A DNA stretch of 32,979 bases from Candidatus Binatia bacterium (GTDB taxonomy: Bacteria; Desulfobacterota; Binatia; HRBIN30; JACQVA1), in NCBI GenBank assembly GCA_041477755.1, contig JBGOUW010000001.1, forward strand, positions 1 through 32,979, in the 5' to 3' direction. Each line of letters opens with the position of its first letter. The stretch's first letter is position 1. This document shows, in pieces, positions 26,685-32,979 of the stretch. A program made the position numbers and the translations under genes. The notes below the pieces were generated by a model that was given only the letters and a program-made list of their open reading frames with translations, was not told where the DNA came from and searched no databases.

Positions 26685-29150
26685 ATGACCACCGAAGCGG
26701 GCTCAGCATCGACTCAGCGATCTATGCGGCCGCCGGTACCGCGGCTGGTCGCGGTGGCCCTCGCATTGATCATCGGACAACTGCTCGTCGGGCGGCAACT
26801 CATGGCGTCGGGGTGGTTGCTGGCCCTCCTGAGCCTCACGGTGATCGTCCTGGGGCTGTGGCGCCGTGGACGAATTGCCGCGCTGATGGTCGCAGCGTTC
26901 GCGTGGGGCAATTGGTCTGCGCAAGGAGTGCTCAACCCGTCATTCGATCGCGATCACATCACGCGGTGGTGCGATGGAGTGACGCGGGTGATCGAGGCGC
27001 GAGTGAGCGAAGACAGTAGCGTCGGGCCCCAGCGCGGGCGGCTGCGGTTGGAAGTGGAGCGCTTGGGGGACGAAGGCGCAATGCAGGCTGCCCAGGGTAG
27101 TGTGTTGCTGACCGTCCATGATCTCGAACGGCAATGGCTCGCGAGCGACCTGGTGCGCGTGCCGCTGCGGCTGCGCCGGCCGCGCAATTTTGGCAACCCC
27201 GGTGAATTCGACTACGAGAGTTATCTGGCGCGGCAGGGGATCTATGCGACCGCCTTCCTGGGTGATGACAGCGCCCTGGAGCTAATCGATCGGCGACCGT
27301 CAGCCGGTTGGCTCACGCGTTGGCGCCGCGGGGTCGGCTCGCTGATTGACGAGCATCTCGCCGGAGACGATCGTGCGCTGCTGCGCGCGTTGATCATTGG
27401 CGACACCGCGGGCTTGTCTCGGCCGTTGCAGCAGGAGTTCACGACCGCGGGCGTCAACCATGTCCTGTCGATCTCGGGTTTGCACGTCGGCATGGTGGCG
27501 ACCTTCGGCTATGTGGTGTGGCGTTGGCTGCTGGCGCGCAGTCGCTGGCTGTTGTTACGCGCGCACGTACCGAAGCTGGCGGTGGCAGCGTCGGTGATTC
27601 CGGTCCTGCTCTATGCTGGCATCGCGGGCAGCAGCACGGCGATGCTGCGGTCGCTGATCATGGTACTGATCTTCCTCGGCGCGGTGCTGGTCGATCGTGA
27701 GCGGGACCTGATCGTGAGCCTGGCAGCGGCCGCGTTGCTCATAGCAGTCCTGTGGCCCGGGGCGCCGCTCGACATCTCCTTTCAGCTCTCGTTCATGGCG
27801 GTGCTCAGTTTGGTGCTGGCGCTGGAGCGGTTTTGGCCGTGGTGGCGCCAGTGGGAAGAGCGGCATCTGGTGCGGCTGCGGCACGGGCCGATTCGGTTCG
27901 CGCGACCGGTCGCCGCCTATTTGGCCGTCTCCTGCGCCGCGTTCGCTGGCACCGCACCGTTGGCGGCGTTTCACTTCAATCAGGTGTCCTTGGTGGCGTT
28001 GCTAGCCAATGCAGTGGTGGTACCGCTGATCGGTACGGCGGCGGTTGCGCTCGGGCTGACGGCGGCGCTCGTGTATCCGTTGTCGCGCGGCTTGGCAGGA
28101 GTGCTGGTGTGGTTGGCGTGGCCGTTCCTGTGGCTTGGGCGGCTTGGGGTTTGGGCGTTTGCCGCGATCCCGCACGCAGCGGTGCGCGTGGTTACACCGA
28201 CGGTGCTGGAACTGGGCATTGTCTATGGGGCACTCTTCATCGTCATGTGCGCTCGCGGCCGGTGGCGCCGACTCGGACTCTGCGCCGTCGCAATCGTCGG
28301 TGGGTGCGACGCGTTATGGTGGTACGGCGCGCGCTATCATCGCACCGACTTGCAGGTCACCTTTCTCAGCGTGGGACAGGGCGACAGTGCGGTGGTCGAG
28401 TGTCCCGGGGCCAAAGTGATGGTGATCGACGGCGGCGGAATGGGCAACGGCTCCTTCGATGTCGGCGAACGCGTACTCGCCCCGTTTCTGTGGAGTCACA
28501 AAATCGCGCATGTCGACGCGCTGGTGATGAGTCACCCGCAGTGGGACCACTTCGGTGGCCTGACGTTCTTGGCGAGGCAATTTAGCCCGAACGAATTCTG
28601 GTCGACCGGTGAGACGGCATCCGGTGGCGTGCGTTTTGCCGAGTTGGAGCAGGCGCTGACGGAGGCAAGTGTCCGCCCGGTCATAGCGGTTCCCGGAATG
28701 GACTGGCTCTGTGGCGATGCGCGAGTGCGCGTGTTGGCTCCGGAGGACGGGGTCGCCTCGACGAATGATCGTTCACTCGTGGTTCAGTTGCAGCGGGGGC
28801 CGACCAGATTGTTGTTCACCGGCGACATCGAGCACGGAGCAGAGGCGGCATTGATTGCGTCAGCCGACGGGCAACTAAAGAGCACCGTGCTAAAGGTCCC
28901 GCATCACGGCAGCGCGACTTCGAGTACGCCCGCCTTTGTAGCCGCGGTTGCGCCACGACTTGCCGTAGTTTCGCTGGGGCTGGACAACCGATTCGGCTTC
29001 CCCGCCGTGCGAACTGAGGTGACGTATCGCACCGCCGGGGTGCCACTTCTGCGCACCGACCGCGATGGGGCAATCACCGTGCGAGTCGCTGCGAGTGGGG
29101 AGATGGTGACTCGAACTCAGCATTCGGCCTCCGCATTCAACGTACGTTGA
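26685..29150 (+). CDS. comEC: DNA internalization-related competence protein ComEC/Rec2 (821 aa)
   Basis: A polytopic membrane core with the Competence-domain motif GVNHVLSISGLHVG. The C-terminal metallo-beta-lactamase domain has SHPQWDHFGG and VLKVPHHGS. It starts 41 nt after uvrC. Confidence 0.88.
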   Translation: MTTEAGSASTQRSMRPPVPRLVAVALALIIGQLLVGRQLMASGWLLALLSLTVIVLGLWRRGRIAALMVAAFAWGNWSAQGVLNPSFDRDHITRWCDGVTRVIEARVSEDSSVGPQRGRLRLEVERLGDEGAMQAAQGSVLLTVHDLERQWLASDLVRVPLRLRRPRNFGNPGEFDYESYLARQGIYATAFLGDDSALELIDRRPSAGWLTRWRRGVGSLIDEHLAGDDRALLRALIIGDTAGLSRPLQQEFTTAGVNHVLSISGLHVGMVATFGYVVWRWLLARSRWLLLRAHVPKLAVAASVIPVLLYAGIAGSSTAMLRSLIMVLIFLGAVLVDRERDLIVSLAAAALLIAVLWPGAPLDISFQLSFMAVLSLVLALERFWPWWRQWEERHLVRLRHGPIRFARPVAAYLAVSCAAFAGTAPLAAFHFNQVSLVALLANAVVVPLIGTAAVALGLTAALVYPLSRGLAGVLVWLAWPFLWLGRLGVWAFAAIPHAAVRVVTPTVLELGIVYGALFIVMCARGRWRRLGLCAVAIVGGCDALWWYGARYHRTDLQVTFLSVGQGDSAVVECPGAKVMVIDGGGMGNGSFDVGERVLAPFLWSHKIAHVDALVMSHPQWDHFGGLTFLARQFSPNEFWSTGETASGGVRFAELEQALTEASVRPVIAVPGMDWLCGDARVRVLAPEDGVASTNDRSLVVQLQRGPTRLLFTGDIEHGAEAALIASADGQLKSTVLKVPHHGSATSSTPAFVAAVAPRLAVVSLGLDNRFGFPAVRTEVTYRTAGVPLLRTDRDGAITVRVAASGEMVTRTQHSASAFNVR

Positions 29151-29184
29151 CAGCGTGTGAACTGGGGTCTATGGTTTTTCCACA

Positions 29185-29211
29185 GCGGGGCCAAGCGTCC
29201 TGCTTTTTTTT
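29185..29211 (+). terminator. Possible intrinsic terminator or attenuator: short stem followed by a T8 run
   Basis: GCGGGG (29185-29190) can pair with TCCTGC (29198-29203), including two G-U pairs. TTTTTTTT follows at 29204-29211, a run that is rare in this GC-rich DNA. It lies 35 nt after the comEC stop and only 17 nt before the next ATG, so its role is ambiguous. Confidence 0.35.
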
Positions 29212-29228
29212 CAGGGGCGGCGGCGCGT

Positions 29229-30422
29229 ATGAATCCGAGCTTCAAGCAGATGATGAATGAGGTGGTGGCGTATGGGAGCTGCTGCGAGTGTGGCGCATGC
29301 GTGTTGGTCTGTCCGCACAACGTCATCGACTACATCGACGGGAAACCGAAACAGGTCGCCAAAGCGACCGCCGCCTTCGACCACTGCGGCATCAGCGAGG
29401 GCATCGGCTGCGACGTGTGCGCGCAGGTGTGTCCGCGCCTGGGTGACCGCGAGCACCACCTGACCGAGCGCGTCTTTGCCGATGAGTTGGCGGCGCAAGA
29501 CACCTATCGGGGCGCATTCGGCGCCTACCGGCGCATCGTGGCGGCGCGTTCCAAGGACCCGGAGGTTCTGGCGCGTTGCGAGGATGGCGGCGTGGTGACC
29601 ACACTCCTAGCGTGGCTACGGCGCAATGAGCGGATCGACGGCGCCATCGTCTCGGCGGTCGACAAGAACAAGCCCTGTCAACCGGTACCGACGGTGGTCA
29701 CCACCGTCGAGGAGATTATCGCCAGCGCCAGCTCGTGGTACACGTACTGCCCCAACAACTTGGCCCTCGCCGACGCCGAGAAGCTGGGCTTGACGAAAGT
29801 CGCGTTCGTGGGCGTCCCATGTCAGATCACCCCGGTGCGCAAGATGCAGGCGACCGACGAATCCTACTTGAACAATGGCCGCAAGAAGGACAAGCACATC
29901 GAGCGGCAGACCAAGTTTCTCAAGGGCTACGGGGCGCGTGTCGCGTTCAACATCGGCTTGCTGTGTAGCGAAGTGTTCAGCTTCGATGGGTTGATGATCG
30001 ATACGATTCAAAATCAGATGGGGATCGCGCTCAGCGACATCCGGCAGTTCAACGTGAAGGGCAAAGTGCAGATCTTCAAGCACGACGGTACGCTGGTGGA
30101 AATGAACCTGCGCAAGTCGCAAGAGTATGCGCGACCTGAGTGCCACCACTGCGCGGACTTTTCGGCGGAACTCGCCGACATCTCGTGCGGCGGCGTGGGA
30201 GCGAGCAACTGGACCATCACCATCATTCGTAGCCGCGAAGGTGAGGAAGTCTTCGATGCTGCGGTGCGCGACGGTGTGCTCGATGTGCAGCCGATCGAAC
30301 AGTTCGAGAATTCCATGAAAGTGTTGCTGCGGCTCAATCGCAAGCAACGCGAGCGAGTACCCACCCCGCCAGGTCGCGCGGAAACTTTCGTGCGCCCCGA
30401 CGGGTTTCGCAACCCCCACTAG
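29229..30422 (+). CDS. FrhB/FdhB-family (coenzyme F420 hydrogenase/dehydrogenase beta-like) Fe-S flavoprotein with an N-terminal ferredoxin domain (397 aa)
   Basis: CCECGACVLVCPHN (CxxCxxCxxxCP) and CDVCAQVCPR. The FrhB-type core has GGVVTTLLAWL...IDGAIV, VGVPCQI and CHHCADFSAELADISCGG. The start is trimmed to the ATG at 29229. Confidence 0.75.
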   Translation: MNPSFKQMMNEVVAYGSCCECGACVLVCPHNVIDYIDGKPKQVAKATAAFDHCGISEGIGCDVCAQVCPRLGDREHHLTERVFADELAAQDTYRGAFGAYRRIVAARSKDPEVLARCEDGGVVTTLLAWLRRNERIDGAIVSAVDKNKPCQPVPTVVTTVEEIIASASSWYTYCPNNLALADAEKLGLTKVAFVGVPCQITPVRKMQATDESYLNNGRKKDKHIERQTKFLKGYGARVAFNIGLLCSEVFSFDGLMIDTIQNQMGIALSDIRQFNVKGKVQIFKHDGTLVEMNLRKSQEYARPECHHCADFSAELADISCGGVGASNWTITIIRSREGEEVFDAAVRDGVLDVQPIEQFENSMKVLLRLNRKQRERVPTPPGRAETFVRPDGFRNPH

Positions 30423-30440
30423 GCAGCACAGTTCAACGCT

Positions 30441-31598
30441 ATGACATCTTCAGCGGCGTCCCAAAGTGGCCCGATGGCCAGTCCGACCAAACTCACGCAG
30501 TTTCCGCCTGAGTATTTTGAGCGATTGATTGAATCGTCACCCGATATCGTGGTGGCCACCGATCGGTCGGGTATCGTAATGTTCTACAACGACGGGGCCG
30601 AGAAGAACCTCGGGTACACCGCCAGCGAGATTCTCGGGCAGAATGTGCTGCGCCTGTATCCGTCGTACGAGGAAGCGCATCGCGTGATGATGGCCATGCG
30701 CAGCGGCGAGCACGGCGGGCCGGGTAAAGTGAAGAACTTCGAAACCATCTTCGTGAACCGCTGGGGCGAACACCTCCCCGTGGCGATTTCCGGCTCCATC
30801 TTGTGTAACGAGGACGGGATCGAAATTGGCTCGATCGGGTTTGCCAAAGACTTGCGTGAGATCCGCCGCAAGGATCGCCTCGCCACCCTCGGAGAGGTGA
30901 CGGTGGCGCTGTGTCACGAGATCAATAGCCCGCTCGAAGTGATTCTCAACCAGGCGCAGTTGCTCCGGCGCTTCGTTCGTGAAGTGGCGAACGACGAACA
31001 GGCGGTGGTTGAAGAAGAGCGGCTCGAAGCGATTCGCCGCGAGATCGACCAGATCCAGATCGTGATCAATCGGCTCGTCGAGATGGCCGGCGGCGGCGAG
31101 TACGACACGCGGGAGTACCTGGACGGAAAACAGATGACCGACTTGGGGGCCAAACCCGCACCGGTGAGTGCCCAGCCCCTCGCCGGCTTGCGTATTCTCG
31201 TTGTCGACGATGATCTCGGCGTGTGTCGCTCGTTGCGGGATCTACTCGCCGCAGAAGGTTGCAACGTGCTCACGGCCAACAACGGCCTCGAGGCTCTCAG
31301 TGTAATGGAACGGGCGCCGGTCGATCTTGTCGTCACCGATGTGGTGATGCCCGACCTCGACGGCTACGATCTGTTCATGGAGGTCAAACGGCGCGGGCAG
31401 ACCCCGGTGATACTGATGACGGGCTACTACTACGATCGCGACCACGTGATTAAGCGGAGCCGCCTCGAAGGGTTGGAGAGCGTTTTGTTCAAGAAGCCGG
31501 TCGATCCCGAGCGCCTCAAGGCGGCGATTCTGGAGCGCTGTCGTCCGCAGCAAGTGGTCGCGCAGTCCGTCCCCGCGAAACCCGCTGAGAAGCCGTAG
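30441..31598 (+). CDS. PAS - HisKA(DHp) - receiver protein lacking a catalytic ATP-binding domain (385 aa)
   Basis: PAS (SSPDIVVATDRSGIVMFYNDGAEKNLGY...). H-box LATLGEVTVALCHEINSPL with a second DHp helix (IRREIDQIQIVINRLVEM). After a linker of about 30 aa comes a canonical REC (ILVVDDD, LVVTDVVMPDLDG, LMTGY, FKKP). No N/G1/F/G2 boxes are present anywhere. It starts 18 nt after the FrhB-like stop. Confidence 0.8.
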   Translation: MTSSAASQSGPMASPTKLTQFPPEYFERLIESSPDIVVATDRSGIVMFYNDGAEKNLGYTASEILGQNVLRLYPSYEEAHRVMMAMRSGEHGGPGKVKNFETIFVNRWGEHLPVAISGSILCNEDGIEIGSIGFAKDLREIRRKDRLATLGEVTVALCHEINSPLEVILNQAQLLRRFVREVANDEQAVVEEERLEAIRREIDQIQIVINRLVEMAGGGEYDTREYLDGKQMTDLGAKPAPVSAQPLAGLRILVVDDDLGVCRSLRDLLAAEGCNVLTANNGLEALSVMERAPVDLVVTDVVMPDLDGYDLFMEVKRRGQTPVILMTGYYYDRDHVIKRSRLEGLESVLFKKPVDPERLKAAILERCRPQQVVAQSVPAKPAEKP

Positions 31599-32046
31599 GC
31601 TCGGCGGCCGTGGGCCGCGCCGTGGCGGGTGCCGGGGTTTTGGTGGGCGCAGGTTGCACCCGCAGGGTCAGCGGCCCGCTCTCCGTGCTGAGTAGAACTT
31701 CCTGTGGGGTGATGCCCACGACGCGACCGAGCCCGGTCACTTCATCTCCGACTCGATACAACGCACTCACCCCGTTGGGATCTTCGATGGCGGCGTAGGC
31801 GTTGGCCCCGCCAGAGGCTACCCCCGCGAGGCGGAATCGTGGCGGCGACGACGGTGCTGACTGGGTTGCGGCGGCTAGCGCAACAGTCGCCGTCGGCAGG
31901 GCCGGCGCGGGGGCCGGTGGCGCGGGCTGCAGCAACCACAGCGCGAGGGCCGCGGCAAGTGCGATGCCGAGCACCACGAGCGCGAGGCGAGCCATGAGGG
32001 CTGCTCTTAGTGCCTTTGGTGAGAGAAGTCGACTTGCGTGTGTCAT
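31516..32046 (-). CDS. Membrane-anchored GspC-N/PilP-like protein (176 aa)
   Basis: TM helix LALVVLGIALAAALALWLL. This is followed by FRLAGVASGGANAYAAIEDPNGVSALYRVGDEVTGLGRVVGITPQEVLLSTESGPLTLRV, which resembles the T2SS protein C N-terminal domain. The start is either the ATG at 32046 or the one at 31995. The disordered Pro/Ala tail overlaps the 3' end of the convergent gene by 83 nt. Confidence 0.5.
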   Translation of the reverse strand: MTHASRLLSPKALRAALMARLALVVLGIALAAALALWLLQPAPPAPAPALPTATVALAAATQSAPSSPPRFRLAGVASGGANAYAAIEDPNGVSALYRVGDEVTGLGRVVGITPQEVLLSTESGPLTLRVQPAPTKTPAPATARPTAAEPTASQRVSRGRTARPLAADDSAPESPP

Positions 32047-32095
32047 GCACGGCTTGCAGGCCTGGGCGCCCGTCAGTACAAGCGCAGGCAGTGCG

Positions 32096-32614
32096 ATGAG
32101 TGACGAACCGGTTTCCATGCGCGCGCCGAGCGCCGCAGCGCCCGCAGCGCGGCAACCGCTATGGCTGGCGTTGCTCTTGTACTGGGGCACGGTGGCCGCG
32201 TGGATGGCGGTGATCTCGTTGCTGTCGACCGACGCGTTCTCGGCGACGAATACCAACCGCTATATCGATCCCCTCCTGCGCTGGCTGTTCCCGGGATGGG
32301 CGACCAGCGACATCTTGGCGGCGCACACCGCGGTGCGCAAAGCCGCACACTTCAGCGAATTCTTCGTGCTCGGCGGGCTGGTGTTCTGGGCTTCGCGGCG
32401 TGGCCGGGTAGGGCAGTGGCATGGACGCTGGATGCTGCAGTCGCTCATCATTGCCGGCGGCTACGCCCTGCTCGACGAGGCGCACCAAGCATTCGTGCCT
32501 AGCCGTACGCCCTCGCTCGCAGATAGCGGCGTCGACTTCTTCGGAGCGGTCGTCAGCCAACTCGCTGTCTATCGTCACCATCGCCGGCTTCGCCGGCGCG
32601 GCGTGATCGGATAG
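32096..32614 (+). CDS. VanZ-family membrane protein (172 aa)
   Basis: RKAAHFSEFFVLGGLV and LLDEAHQAFVPSRTPSLADSGVDFFGAVV are VanZ-like motifs. The start is trimmed to the ATG at 32096; 32117 is an alternative. Confidence 0.7.
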   Translation: MSDEPVSMRAPSAAAPAARQPLWLALLLYWGTVAAWMAVISLLSTDAFSATNTNRYIDPLLRWLFPGWATSDILAAHTAVRKAAHFSEFFVLGGLVFWASRRGRVGQWHGRWMLQSLIIAGGYALLDEAHQAFVPSRTPSLADSGVDFFGAVVSQLAVYRHHRRLRRRGVIG

Positions 32615-32662
32615 TTGACGACCGTGCGCGCCGGGTCGTATGAAGCGGGCGCGGAGGTGGCG

Positions 32663-32979
32663 GTGAATCGGCGGCGACAAGCGGCACGGATGGGGGTGCT
32701 CCTGCGACCAGAACGTCAGCTCTGGCAGTTGGGCTATCAGCGCATCGCCGGGGTGGATGAAGTAGGCGTCGGGCCCCTCGCCGGTCCGGTGGTGGCGGCG
32801 GCGGTCGTCTTCCCGGCCACAGCCCGCATTCGCGGCGTTGATGATTCGAAGACCGTTCGCCGGGCGGCGCGTGAGCAACTAGTGGAAGCGATCTACGCCC
32901 AAGCGAGCGCGGTGGGAATCGGCGTCGTGAGCGTCGAAGACATCGATCGGCTCAACATCTATCACGCCGCGCTCGAGGC
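32663..32979 (+). CDS. rnhB: Ribonuclease HII, N-terminal part (3' end outside the window)
   Basis: The frame is open from the VanZ stop to the window end, so it is absent from the ORF track because it has no stop. It reads ...LWQLGYQRIAGVDEVGVGPLAGPVVAAAVVFP...GVDDSKTV...VSVEDIDRLNIYHAALE, with the DE..G.GP..GPV and DSK motifs. The start is uncertain: the GTG at 32663 follows GGAGG, and the ATG at 32690 is an alternative. Confidence 0.8.
   Translation, partial: MNRRRQAARMGVLLRPERQLWQLGYQRIAGVDEVGVGPLAGPVVAAAVVFPATARIRGVDDSKTVRRAAREQLVEAIYAQASAVGIGVVSVEDIDRLNIYHAALE

Overview
This is a gene-dense, GC-rich bacterial chromosomal segment. Coding lines I spot-counted are about two-thirds G+C. 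I recognise no rRNA or tRNA genes, CRISPR array, transposase, integrase or phage genes.

Gene content from left to right:
- A redox/detox block: an SDR fragment, an aldehyde dehydrogenase, a luciferase-like (F420-type) oxidoreductase, and an aldo/keto reductase - truncated haemoglobin - GST operon.
- A GspE-N-like + REC response regulator followed by a 652-aa coiled-coil/TM/NTF2-like membrane protein.
- A TCA operon, mdh-sdhCAB-sucC, that ends in a hairpin with no sucD.
- A lipoprotein gene in lower-GC DNA.
- A translationally coupled 4-gene operon: Zn-peptidase, 90-aa acidic protein, lysine-methyltransferase-like protein, PolB-exo-like exonuclease.
- A sigma54 signalling island: cytoplasmic PAS histidine kinase, NtrC-family activator, degenerate receiver, 65-aa membrane peptide, and an adjacent cupredoxin.
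- uvrB, an orphan receiver, uvrC and comEC.
- An FrhB-like Fe-S flavoprotein followed by a PAS-DHp-REC protein that has no ATPase domain.
- A GspC-like protein, VanZ, and the 5' part of rnhB.

The best candidate for something undescribed is a local sigma54 circuit. Three intergenic -24/-12 promoter matches each carry the same oriented GTTTCA(G/A)C(A/G)C element 73-86 nt upstream. They sit in front of a Cys-rich receiver whose phospho-acceptor Asp is Glu, a 65-aa membrane peptide that the ORF track hides inside a longer ORF, and a canonical single-domain receiver wedged between uvrB and uvrC. The only enhancer-binding protein in the window lies between two of these promoters.

All family assignments come from motif recognition by eye. 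No database search was run.
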